64,000 nucleotides of DNA from Camelus dromedarius (Eukaryota): assembly GCF_036321535.1 (NCBI RefSeq), contig NC_087436.1:32614001-32678000 (forward strand), read 5' to 3'. Under the pieces are notes generated by a model. It saw only the letters and a program-made list of their open reading frames with translations. It did no database searches and was not told the DNA's origin. Position numbers and translations under genes: made by a program. Position 1 is the first letter of the stretch, and each line of letters opens with the position of its first letter. Shown piece after piece: positions 38,511 to 50,329 of this stretch.

Positions 38511-40622
38511 ACATGTCTGTCCACATGATGCACAGAACAGGTCATTTTAGTATTCTCTTATTTTCAGTAATATCATGAAATCAAAGTGATAATAAAGTCC
38601 ACAAAAGAAAGAGACAATGAAAACTTCTTTTCTTGAATTTTGTATAAATAATCATACCAGTTTTTCCAAAAAGAATATAAAATAGATACTACAGTACAAA
38701 AACAGGGAAAAAGCACAACTATTTATTCAATAGCTTTTCAGTCTAATTTACCTAGCTTGAACTTTTGGGTATAGTCTTATATAATAATATTTTAAGTAAA
38801 TAATTGTCCAATAATTAATAAATGAATTTTACAAAAGCTTAGAAGTTTGAAAATGATATAATTTAGGCGATTACTAAATTGTACTATTGATAAAACACCT
38901 TATTTTCTTGATTTGTTCTTTAGGTTTAAAATAATTAACAATTAACATAAAAGAACAGATTTTACATAGAGATACTATTTAAATTCAGCCAATGTTTCAT
39001 GTATGGACTAAAATTTGCATTTACCAAACATTAACAATATTACACTTTGCAATTTGCACTTGTTTCCCAGTTTCAGAATTTTTTGAATAAAAATAAAACT
39101 CCAAACGGTCAGATAGAATGATGGAACTGAAGGAATGTAAATTCTGTTTCTTTGTTTTTGCAACTACTGTGCTATCATTCAATGTTTATTCGAGTCTATC
39201 TTCTAAATGCAGAAATATGTAGTCCCCAAGGGATTGGAGAACACACAACTCTACAAAACCCACAAAGAGAGTGTTAAAAAAAAAATATATGTTACTGCCC
39301 CCAGTTCCCTGCAGAGATCTCCTAAAACCCTTATAAATTCCTAAGTGATAACACAAGGAGCACCAGTTGTCTTAAAGTTTGGTCTTCGATTCATCTCTGA
39401 CCACAGGGTCCTAAAATCCCTGTAATATGCCAAGTAATAAGAGCACTAGGAGCAACTCCTGTTTTAATGAGGCAATTCTGGGTGGGCTCCTGGGTGGCTC
39501 CTAGATGGGGGTTAGTCACCAGAGAGAGCAAGCCATGATTAGAGGTTTAGAATTTTTCCCTCCATCCATATGAGAGGGAAGAGGGGCTAGAATGGAGTTA
39601 ATAACGGATCATGCCTATGTTAGGAAGCCTTCATAAAATCCCAGTAGTAGAAGGTTTGGGAGCTTCAACATTGGTGAACACATCTGCACCAGGAGAGTGA
39701 CGCACCCAACTCCACAGGGACAGAAGCTCCTGTGCTTGGGACCCTCCTAGATCTGCCTTATCCAACTCTTCATCCTGGCTGTTCATTTGTATCCTTTATC
39801 AAATCCTTTAATAGAATGGTAAATGTAAGCAAGCATCTCCCTGAGTTCTGTGAGACACTCTAGCAAATTAGTTGAACCCAATGAGGGGGTAACTGGGACC
39901 TCTGATCTATAGCTGGCTAGTTGGAAGCTTGGTGATAATGTGGGCTTGTGACTGGCATCTGAAGTGTGTGTGTATGTCTGTTGGGGGAGCAGTCTTGTAG
40001 GACTGAACCCCTAATACATGGGATCTGATGTTATTTCTGGGTGGATAGTGTCAGAATTAAGTTGTAAAACACCCAGCTGGTATGGAGAATTTCTTGTTGT
40101 GGGGAAAAACCTCTACACATTTGCTGACCAGAAGTGTCAGAAGTGAAGTATTCTGGAAAGTAGTCGAGAGGATACACAAGGAAGAAACACACGCTAAGGA
40201 AGAACTGGGTTTTTCCCTACACAGGTGAAGAACTGACGTTTTCCCCTTTTTAGAGAGCTTGAAATAAACATGTTTTGCTGAGCCTAGATGTGTTGGAGGT
40301 TGACTGTATAACTAGGAGTTCTCCGCATTAACGTTCATGCAGAATACAATGTTTATTAAAGGATAAGTAGCATAAATAGGCTAATTTGAAGTTTACATGT
40401 ATATTATTAAAACTAAACAGTAACTGTAGCAATTTAGAAATTAGGCCAACAGAAAATTTTTTCAAGTGTTTAAGTTTTGTAACTGTATCTTTTAGAAGTG
40501 GTAGCTCATGTTAATAATTAAAAGCAGATCAACTTTTTGTTTATTTTATTATTGTTTTAAAATTCTGTACATGTAATGTACCCCTTTTATTGTCTGCACC
40601 TGGGACAGATTTGTACACTATA
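38511..40622. mobile_element. Probable DNA transposon remnant (hAT-Tip100-like?) splitting the MLT1 LTR
   Basis: AT-rich block inserted between collinear MLT1 halves; right end 'tgcacctgggacaga...gtacacta' weakly resembles Tip100-type termini; family uncertain. Confidence 0.35.
39272..40254 (+). mobile_element. Solo LTR, MER21-like
   Basis: TG start; 'ctcctaaaaccctt', 'ggtgggctcctgg', 'cccaactccacagggacagaagctcctgtgcttgggaccct', 'ccctgagttctgtgag', 'gatagtgtcagaatt' are MER21-type motifs. Confidence 0.85.
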
Positions 40623-40624
40623 GG

Positions 40625-40960
40625 TTTGGAGGGTCCAAAATGGCTGGGGACTTCTCAGTGATGGCTGGTAAGTTGTGCTCAGCTGACAGTGTCAATCGGA
40701 GTAACTCTCCAGCATGGCAGCCTCGGGCTAGTCAGACTTCTTACATGGTAGCACAGGATTTCCAGAGAAGAGCATCCTAAAAGACTCAGGCAGAACTGCA
40801 AGACTTCTTAGACTTAGCACTGGATCACAATACTACTTCCCATGTATTCTATTGATTAAGCAAGTCACTAAGGCCAGTCCAGGTTCAAGGGAGAGGGAAA
40901 TGAGCCTCCACATCTTAGGAGGAGTAGCAAAACATTTGCAGCCATCTTTAATCTTCCAGA
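40625..40960 (-). mobile_element. MaLR LTR (MLT1G/H-like), right part
   Basis: 'ggagggtccaaaatggct...tagtcagacttcttacatggtagc...aagcaagtcactaaggccagtccaggttcaagg...gcagccatctttaatc'. Confidence 0.8.
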
Positions 40961-41189
40961 GCCAATGCTATTTTTATTTAGGGGACATACCTCCTCTGTC
41001 ATTGCATTAGGTTTTGCTCCTCTCTTCTTCTTTACCTCTTATTCAACAAGTAGCCAGTCTGCTGGTTCTTCCTCTGTCAGTCTCTTAGAACTTATGAATT
41101 AATTGTTGTGACTTCTGGATTTCTGATTTTATTGCTTTCTCATTTTAATTTAACTTATTCCTCAAAGGCCCATTTGAGCAGCACAACAC

Positions 41190-41400
41190 AGTATAGGTGC
41201 ACATGCTCTGATGCTGACTAGGTTCAAACGATAGGTATTTAACATCTCTGTGCTCCAGTTTCTCCATCTGTACACTGGGGATAATGGTAATAGTAACTAC
41301 CTATCCAACTGAGTGACATTTAAATGGCTTCATACATAAAGCCCTTAGAACAGTGTCTCTCACATGGCATATGCTGAACAAATGATAACTATTATTATTG
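41190..41400 (+). mobile_element. MIR SINE
   Basis: 'ctctgtgctccagtttctccatctgtacactggggataat...aaagcccttagaacagtgtct'. Confidence 0.75.
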
Positions 41401-41404
41401 CCGT

Positions 41405-41815
41405 ATGTCTTGATTTGTGTTCACTCAGCAGCAGACCCTGAAACAAAGATCTGAGTGCAATTAGTTTATTTGAGAGGTAATCCAAGTAAACATCAGTAAG
41501 GAAGTGAAGATGTGAAATATGGATGGGAAGGCAGCCAATAAAGGCAAGTTACCACTTTGGAAAACTAGAGCTTCATCCCACTGGAGAGCACTGAGAGCTA
41601 ACGTAGAACATACATTTCACAGTGCTCTCATCCCAAAGGGCAAAAGAACTGGGTATTTATGCATCAATTGTCATTCATCATTGGAGAGAGACTTCTTCCA
41701 GGGGCTGTTAATTCCCTGCACTTCCCTTCTGCTGTATGAGAAAGACCTCAGGCAAAGATTTGCAGGTGGTTGCAGCTGGAGGTCAGGTCATGGGCACACT
41801 GCGATAGAACCTGAC
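41405..41815 (-). mobile_element. ERVL-class solo LTR (LTR33-like)
   Basis: Begins 'tgtcttgatttgtgttc...gcagaccctgaaacaaagatctgagtgcaattagtttatttgagagg', the reverse complement of an ERVL LTR 3' end. Confidence 0.6.
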
Positions 41816-42486
41816 TGAGGATTTGGGAAGAAAGGGCGCTAATGGATTGCACTACTCCATAGTATTCATCTGCCCAGGATTTTAAATTGGGTTCCTGTAT
41901 GTGTTGACCACTCTGAAAATTGGACAAATGTAGCTTAGATAGAGATTGGAAATAGTTTCTGTCAATTTGAAGAGAGAAGGTAGCAGAGGAAGTCAGAAGT
42001 AAGAGATGAGAGTGTGACAGTGCCAAGAATAATTAGCTCACATGTCCACATGGATATCTTTATTGGATATTCAACACCTCTCATCTAGTGGGCTTTCTAT
42101 ATTTAGCCACTTTATTTCTTAATGTTTTCCTTTATTATTCCTTCAGTTTGCAAGGCATACCTGAATCTTGATTATTCCCACTGTAAATGTAAAATGACAA
42201 TATCATACATGTAGCAAAGTAGGAGGAGAATCACTCCTTATCAGCTCAGTACAGATTCATGGCTGTAAACATAGTTTATAAGCTACTCATAGCACAAATT
42301 TCGCTCAAACTCATATTCAATATTCATAAGAACTGAGGAAGTTATTGTAACCTACAGACTACTACCTCATAATCTGGTGAGGGTTTGTAAAAAAGTCATT
42401 CAAGACTACTACTGATCAGTTACCCTACAATTAGACCTTCCATTCAGTTATTCAGGGGTCTTCTGAAAGCCACACAACAAAGATAG

Positions 42487-42817
42487 TGTTAAATTAATTA
42501 AAAAAGGAGGCCATTAGACTGAGGTGGCTTTAATGGTGTGGCAGCCTATATAAACAAATAAAAATCTAAGCCTGTAAATGCCTTAAGATTATGAAATTGA
42601 AACCTAAAGAAAACCAATCACAAATAGCCAAATAGGCTTTAAGCTATAGCAAATCAATACTTTCCTTACTTTGCCTCTGCCTTTTCTTTGTAGAAGTATC
42701 TCCCCAGAGCTCCTGTTGATGGAATGCTCCTAACCACTTCTGGTTTGGTGCTGCCTGATTTGATTCGATTTTTGCTCAAAGAAACATTTTTAATACACCT
42801 CAGTTTATCTTTTAACA
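42487..42817 (+). mobile_element. ERV1-class solo LTR (~330 bp, LTR54/MER57-like)
   Basis: TGTTAAA...TTTAACA inverted termini; 'ggaggccattagactgaggtggct', CCAAT motif 'aaccaatcacaaa'. Confidence 0.8.
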
Positions 42818-43184
42818 GTAAAAAGAACAGTTAGGAAAAATTCTTGAGGGAAGGGCATTGTGTTTGGCTTGTATCTCTGGCTTGTATCACTCTGGGTTGA
42901 TCTTGGATCTAACTGGGACCTGGGGAAAAAAAGGATTTAGTGCTGGGCTGGTTTTCATAGAGGGAGGCTACCATCTCCTACTGGAGTTATTTGCACTGAG
43001 CCACACTAAGAATGTTTTTGAAGTGGTATGCTGATTAAAAAAGATCAAAACCAGAATAAATCATAGGAGTAAAGCAATGCAAATCACTTCTGTTTATTTA
43101 GGCAGAGTGTTACCACTGTGCTGGCAGAAATTTTATTTTTTCAGTTTGGAAGCCATCCCTTGAAATCAGAGCTAGTCTCATCAG

Positions 43185-43330
43185 ATGTTCAATCAGCAAG
43201 TATTTAGTGAGTGCTCAAGGAATATACCACTTAACATAGTGAGTGTGTAGGAAAAAAACCCCCAAATTCTGGCCTTGAGGAATTACAGTTTTGAAGGTCA
43301 AACTAATGTGTAATCAAAAAAAAATGTAGA
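43185..43330 (-). mobile_element. L2 3' end
   Basis: 'ttcaatcagcaagtatttagtgagtgct'. Confidence 0.5.
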
Positions 43331-43511
43331 CTTATAAATGCAATAATTACTGCTATGTATTTAGGGTGAGGGATAGATGAGAACAGAACTGCTTGGTTGT
43401 AGAAAGTGTAGAAGTTAAGTGGAGAGAGTTGCAAAGACATATGTCCCTGACCCAATCTCTTCTTCCCTGATTTTTCTCAATTAGGCTCTAAAAGACGCTA
43501 TAATTATCAGC

Positions 43512-43696
43512 CACAATGGAATATTATTCAGCCAGAAAAAGAAGGAAATCTTGCCATTTGCAACAACATGGATGAAACTGGAGGGTATTATGCTAAGTGA
43601 AATAAATCCTACAAAGACAAAATACTGTATGATTTCACTTACATGTGGAGTCTAAAAAACAAAACAAATAAACATAACAAAACAGAAACAGACTCA
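43512..43696 (+). mobile_element. Internal L1 fragment (ORF2 end / start of 3'UTR) lacking a tail
   Basis: 'cacaatggaatattattcagcc...gccatttgcaacaacatggatgaaactggagggtattatgctaagtgaaataa...acagaaacagactca'. Confidence 0.85.
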
Positions 43697-43938
43697 GTCC
43701 TCTCAACTATAATTGGGTGTGTTTTCAAGTACTTTTATATTTTCAAGTGTTTGAAACAGTCCTGGCACACAAAGGCTGGATCGGCACATTACAGGTGAAG
43801 GAATGACTGTATAGTATTACAGAATATGGATGTACCATAATATAGTTAATCAGTTTATAACATATTTAATCATAGTGAGGGATTTAATCATAGTGAAGGA
43901 TATAACATATTTAATTATTTCTATATTAACAAATGCTT

Positions 43939-44078
43939 AAGGAGGGGCGGGTAGGGTATAGCCCAAGTGGTAGAGCACATGCTTAGCACGCACGAGGTCC
44001 TGGGTTCAATCCCCAGTACCTCCACTGGAAAATCAAAGAAATAGATAAACCTAATTACCTACCCCCTGCCAAAAAAAA
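43939..44078 (+). mobile_element. tRNA-Ala-derived SINE (camelid Vic-1-like)
   Basis: tRNA-Ala(AGC)-like head with A/B boxes, 'ataaacctaattacct' body, A-tail; perfect 14-bp TSD attaacaaatgctt (43925-43938 / 44079-44092). Confidence 0.93.
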
Positions 44079-44569
44079 ATTAACAAATGCTTCATATTAG
44101 ACTTTAAAAGCCTGGTGAAGAATATGGCATTTTTCTTGCCATTGCATATTCATTGATCCACGTGTTTTGGAAACAATGAGAGCACAGACTGATTACTCCA
44201 GGATTTTCTTGAACTAGACAAGAAACAAAGTAGTCATTATAGATTAATAAAAGGCATACTATTTATTTATAAATCAACAGTGCCAAGTAGTACCAAATAT
44301 AATGAATTAGAATCACCAAGAGAAGCAAATTTTAAAAAGTAACATCTTACTGTGAATGAATAAAGATGTATATGCTTATTTAATTTTTTTGATTCATAGT
44401 TTCAGTAGTCATTGTCATTAAGTTCTTGGCATGAACTTACTTGTTATCTTTTCGAGTGATAACACAGACAGAAGGGTATCAGTTAGGATTTTTCAATCTT
44501 GTTAGGATTATTTTGACTTAGCAAGGATAAAAAATATTCACAGGACAAGTTCCAAACTGTCAAAACTCA

Positions 44570-44870
44570 TAAAAAAGAGTGTGGCAATAGCTATTAAACT
44601 AAATTATCTATATATTTAAAATTTTGATGCCTCTGCTTTGGGAATTCTGTCTTAGAAATAGGTACATCACTATGAAAGAACATATATACAAAGATATTAA
44701 AATAGCATTATTAGTAGTGGCCAGAATGTTGAGGAAGAAACCTGTATGTCCATCAGCAGGGAGAATGTTGGCTTATTTGTAGAACATTTATATTATGAGT
44801 TGATAATACATTTATTAAAAAGTGAACTGAATCTCCAGAGGGATATCCATGATCTATTATGTTTAGGAAA
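44570..44870 (+). mobile_element. Degenerate L1ME-like fragment
   Basis: 'tatacaaagatatt...agcattattagtagtggc...gaaacctgtatgtccatcagcaggg'. Confidence 0.55.
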
Positions 44871-45795
44871 CATTTTCCAAATCTTGTAAATAAGGCAAAA
44901 AAGATGATTACATGATCTTAATATCCTGCTATAGCATTTTCTAACAAGCCAGTGTGAGGGTCATCGAGCTCTCTCTCAAGGAAGAGAGACTTAGCCTGAT
45001 AATGTTTAGAACTTTTTAGGGCCCAGCCATTTTACAGCTCAGTGAAAGTTAAAGGTTAACTTGTAGAAATCTAGTAAGGTATGATTTTTTTTTCCTGTAT
45101 AGTAAAGGAGATAACTCCAAAGGTTATGATTATATTTCCCTGTAGGGCAATGTCCAATTTTACATTTAATCTAGCAGTTTTACTTATGGCATTTCTTTTT
45201 TTGGTTTATATAAGCCTAAGTTTCTCCTATCCAAATTGAATCAATATTGTCATTCTGCTTATTTTCTCATTAATAAGTCAAATGAAATCTTGACATGTGC
45301 CCATTACTATTTGTGTGGGACTTTGTTTTAACCAACTTAAGAATTCGGTTTTAGCGACTGTTAAACGAGAAAAGTAAGTTGAAGAGTAATGTGTATATTT
45401 ACATAATGATACAAAAATCTCTATTTGTATCTTTGTGTGTCTTTATATATTTGTATAAGTGTGGATGCAGGTGTGGAAAAATACACACTAGGGTGCTTAC
45501 ATTACTTCTGCTACCTCAAGGGAGTGGAGTGTGAGGAAAATTATATATATATATATATGATTTATTTTGTGACTTGATTCTTCATTTAATAGTTAAACAT
45601 TTTAATTAAAAATTGAAGGGGAAAACCTTTTTAAAAGATTCTGCAACAAGTTATTATCCACTGTTCATTTCCATAGTACATATGATGATATACTCATGAC
45701 AAAAAGTTTATATTTTCAAATGAAAGATAATTTCACAAAATTGAGTTTCTATTGTACTAGCCACATCCACCATGCTTGTATGATTTGCAAAATTA

Positions 45796-46745
45796 TTATT
45801 ATTATTTTTAACCTTTTTTATTGAGTTATAGCCATTTTACAATGTGTCAAATTCCAGCATAGAGCACAATTTTTCAGTTATACATGAACATACATATATT
45901 CATTGTTACATTCTCTTTTGCTGTGAGCTACCACAAGATCTTGTCTATATCTCCCTGTGCTATACAGTATAATCTTGCTTGTCTATTCTACATTTTGAAA
46001 TCCCAGTCTGTCCCTTCTGACCCCCTGCCCCCTTGGCAACCACAAGTTTGTATTCTATGTCTATGAGTCTGTTTCTGTTTTGTATTTATGTTCTTTTTTT
46101 TTTATTACACATATGAGTGATCTCATATGGTATTTTTCTCTTTTTGGCTTACTTCACTTAGAATGACATTCTCCAGGAACATCCATGTTGCTGCAAATGG
46201 CATTATGTTGTCAGTTTTTATGGCTGAATAGTATTCCATTGAGTAAATATACCACATCTTCTGTATCCAGTCATCTGTTGATGAGACATTTAGGCTGTTT
46301 CCATGTCTTGGCTATTGTAAATAGTGCTGCTATGAACATTGGGGTGCAGGTGTCTTTTTGAAGTAGGGTTCCTTCTGGATATATGCCCAGGAGAGGGATG
46401 ACTGGGTCATATGATAAGTCTATTCCTAGTCTTTTGAGGAATCTCCATGCTGTTTTCCACAGTGGCTGCACCAAACTGCATTCACACCAGCAGTGTAGGA
46501 GGGTTCCCTTTTCTCCACAGCCTGTTCAGCATTTCTCATTTGTGGATTTTTGAATGATGGCCATTCTGACTGGTGTGAGGTGATATCTCATTGTAGTTTT
46601 GACTTTCATTTCTTTGATAATTAGTGATATTGAGCATTTTTTCATGTGCCTATTGATCATTTGTATTTCTTCCTTGGAGAATTGCTTGTTTAGGTCTTCT
46701 GCCCATTTTTGGATTGGGTTGTTTGTTTTTCTCTTATTAAGTCAT
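45796..46745 (-). mobile_element. 5'-truncated young (camelid-type) L1
   Basis: ORF 46271-46474 gives L1 ORF2 C-terminus (VQPLWKT...[12 protein letters not shown]...PMFIAALFTIAKTWKQPKC); TSD tgatttgcaaaatta (45781-45795) / tgattggcaaaatta (46746-46760). Confidence 0.95.
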
Positions 46746-47324
46746 TGATTGGCAAAATTAGTTTGAAATTTATTAACATGCTTTTCTCTTCTGCCTTTCT
46801 GAATACGTAACCTTAGCTCTGGCTGGTCCAGGAATCCCATTTTGGGTGGGGACAGAAAGAAGGTGAAGAAATTTAGCTCCTGGATTCAAATTTTCTCCAA
46901 GACCATAGTTTTGCAAGCCAGGCTATTAGACAAGAAAGGGTTTTCTAAAATCCTGTATTCTTCGCCTTTAGCATATCAAGGAACAAATTCAAAGCACTCT
47001 ATCTGTGGAGCAGAGCCGGTGCCACTTTTCTGGCCATCTAGAACATGAGCCTTGCTGCTCTATGGCAGAGAGAGTATGGTGAGGAGGATCCACTAGATGC
47101 TACCTGCAGACACAGTTCAAGCTACTGGAGTGGACTAAGGTTTAAACCAGATTTTGTGTCCAGTGATTTTTTCCCCCTACTACCCAGAGGGTGGGGGCTT
47201 ATGAGAAAAATCATACTAACTTCAAAGTGGAGCTATGTTCTCTCTGTACACTTGGGCTGACATATGAGTTAATTTAGAATGCCTTTACATTTTTGTGTTC
47301 TGTACCCCTAGTTAGGGTTGTGCA

Positions 47325-47495
47325 CAGTGAGGTAAAGTGGGAAGGACTTGAGCTTTGGAGTCGGTCTGACCTTTTATAATTATGTGTCCTTTAGTAGGTA
47401 ATTTATTATGACCTGTAAGAACCTCAGTTACTTGTCAGTAAAATCATAATGTATATAAATGTGTCTCGTACTGTGCTTGGCACAAGGCAGGCTGT
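47325..47495 (+). mobile_element. MIR SINE (degenerate)
   Basis: 'agctttggagtcgg...acctcagttacttgtcagtaaaat...gtgcttggcaca'. Confidence 0.55.
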
Positions 47496-49524
47496 CAGAA
47501 ACAGTGACCTTCCTGTCTTTTAGGGTGAGATGTCAAACCACTCAATTCTGGTGAGAGTCTATAAAAGAGCGACTTTGCCAGTACAGGATACATAATGGAT
47601 ATTGCCTATTTATGTTCCTTGGCTCAGAGAAATCCCCCACTATTTAATATTTAATAAGACATTTGTAATGGTTGCCACCTGCTTTATTAATAGAATGTTT
47701 TCTCATTAAAGTAGATGAGAAAAGCTGACTGTACTCTGGGGAATGGATGTGTCCTGCTGAAATCAATAGGAATTTTGCAAGGGTAAGTCCATTAGGGTTA
47801 TAAATATGTGTGATTGAGGTTTTGGTGGTTTGAAAATGTACAAGGGACTCTTTTTATGGGAATCTCTGATAGTTACATTGGTACAGACAAAGGGATTTGA
47901 GGTTTGAAGTAATGATTTAGAAAACTTGGGCAAAGCAATCTTTAATGAGTAGTTTCGCTTATACAGGCTGCCTAGATGATAAGAGTTCTAATCCTCTCCC
48001 ATGGTGTTTCCTTTTGCCTGCGTAGTTTGAAGTGTTCACATTTCTGTTGCCCTAATTTCTATGTTCACACTTCTATTGTTCAAATATTCACCAATGTAAG
48101 AGGATTACAGCTTTCTAAGGAGTAGTGTTCTGAAAAACTTAATTAGTGCTTTATGTAGCTACTGAGTCTTTTGATCTACTCTGAGACATGTTTGGACAAA
48201 CTAGCAATGTTTAGTGAAACAATGGAAATGTTTAGTGAGCCAATCAGATTAACATATGAATAACAGCTCAGACCATAAAGGGTTTATTGATTTTTGTTAA
48301 ATGACCTCCAGATGTGTTTGCATTTTTTCATAACTTATTACAACCCATATTATAATATTTATAAATAATATAGAGAATTCTTTGGAGATGACGCTATATA
48401 TAATAAGCTGATCTACACCAGATGGCATTAGGTAAGAGGCAAATACTCTTAAAGGCCTGTGTGGTATAAGATTTTAAGTAATTCTCAAGCAAGTCATAAA
48501 ATACCAGATACCTAAATTTTAAAAATGTACATCACTTCTAAAAGGAAAACTTTGGTAAGTTTAATCAGATTCTCATCTCACATGTGTGAGACAGTTCTTC
48601 GCTATTGAAGTTAGGTAATGCTGTTGCAATCTCAACCTTACTATTGATTCTATAACTCAACAGCAAGTGATAAATTTGCAAAGATCATTTCCTAAGCTGC
48701 TAGACAAACATTCATAGAAAAAAATGGTCTTTTTCTTGTGATGTGCCCATATTATGTAATAACTGAAGGTGTACTGCAAAACATACTGTAAATTATATAT
48801 GTACATATATATGTATACCTATATATGTACACACACAGAGTTGTGAAGTAGGTTGGAAACAGTGGAAGAGAGAGGACTATCACCTAAAAAGAACTAAAGG
48901 TACTAATTTAAGCAGTCTATTAATATAAAGCAATTAAAGTTTATTGTGATAAGCAATGTTGACAGATTACATTTAAGAAAAAGAAATAAGAAAGAAAAAA
49001 GAGAAAAATAACTTTGGAAAATTAAGACAGTTGACAGAAAACAAACATAAAAGAGCTCGATTTTCTCTGTAATGCTCTCTGTGCTCTTCCAGCTCCTCTG
49101 CACCAAGTACTAAGTGTCATTTTTGGAGAAGTGGCTAATTTTATTTTATGAGGCTCATTCATAATGAGAAATCTGATCATTATTTTTATTTCTGCCACTT
49201 TCATGAATGTGTTTTCATTGTTACAATCCTAAGAATGATATGATGTCTGTACAGTTATGGTGCCAGGTAAATTCTTCAATGAATATTGTCACTAATATGT
49301 CATTTTTCTCTGTAGAAAAATACTAAACCAGTGCTCAAATGCTGAATTGAAATATAAAAATGAAAGCCATCCTATTCTATATGTGATATTTTGATTATGT
49401 TTATTTACTGCTAGAGTAAGACATTTGCAGGCTTCAAACTTATAATGAAAAAGGGAATTTCTCTGTATGGGGGAGAAAGACTGTGACTTCAGGCAACTTC
49501 GGCCCCTCCTTCCCACCCCCATCA

Positions 49525-50270
49525 TGATTGCCCTAGTTAGACCCTCATCACTCCTCTGCTAGACCGTTTCTGTATGCTACTACCTGGCTTCCATATTCAG
49601 CAGTCACTGCTCTCTACAAGCTGTTATGTACATTACAGAGAGAATGATATATGTGTTTGAAATGCACACACCTGACCATTTATGTACCTTGAGTTGGGCT
49701 CTGTGGTGAGGTGTTCTCCAGGAGTTTGGGAATCAGATTATACTCTGGGAAGGAAACTTTGATATCAATAAAGAATGATCAGATTGTAAAAATCCAAATG
49801 ACCCCCAGGCAAGCCAGACTTCACTGTCCCCTGATTGAATATATCCGCTCACATTTAAAGAGACCAACTTGTACTGTCAAGGAGAGACGGCCTGCTGGCC
49901 ATCTGGTATGCTGGTCCCACGGGTAGGATTTTATCTGCCGTGGAATTAAGTGCTACCACTTTTCCTGAGACACCAGAACGGCCCTGTCTTGCTGATGTGA
50001 TGAAGTGTAAGCTCTTTGCACTTGCTCTTCCCTTTCCTCCTCTCCTGGCTCACCTGTACTAGTTTAGGCATCACTTCCTTCAGGAAGTCCTTCCCTTCTA
50101 GTCTGTTAAGTGCCCTCTTTGTTCTTATGACATTCTGGCACTTAGCACAGTTCATTAAAATTATACTTTATGTGTCTAACTACTGCACTGTTTTCTTCTC
50201 AAAGACAGGGGACAGAGACTATGCATACAAGGACAGGGAGTGTGTCTTATTCATTTTTATCACTAGGGAT
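49525..50270 (+). mobile_element. L2 fragment interrupted by an unrelated ~320 bp segment (49690-50012)
   Basis: Left 'gaccctcatcactcctctgctagac...aaatgcacacacctgaccat'; right 'ctttgcacttgct...catcacttccttcaggaagtccttccc...ggacagggagtgtgtcttattcat'. Confidence 0.65.
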
Positions 50271-50329
50271 CAACACTGGGCTTCTCCCCTCATCTATTAT
50301 GTTCTTGTTTTAACTGCTATGTTTCCTTT

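Noticed and set aside
43953..44024. tRNA-Ala(AGC)-like cloverleaf (also at ~51560-51626)
   Set aside because: It is the head of a SINE: followed by SINE body and A-tail, flanked by a TSD, and carrying stem mismatches
5837..46745. Inverted pair of young L1s (5837-7100 plus, 45796-46745 minus) as ends of one large element
   Set aside because: They have different 3'UTRs and the second has its own TSD, so they are independent insertions
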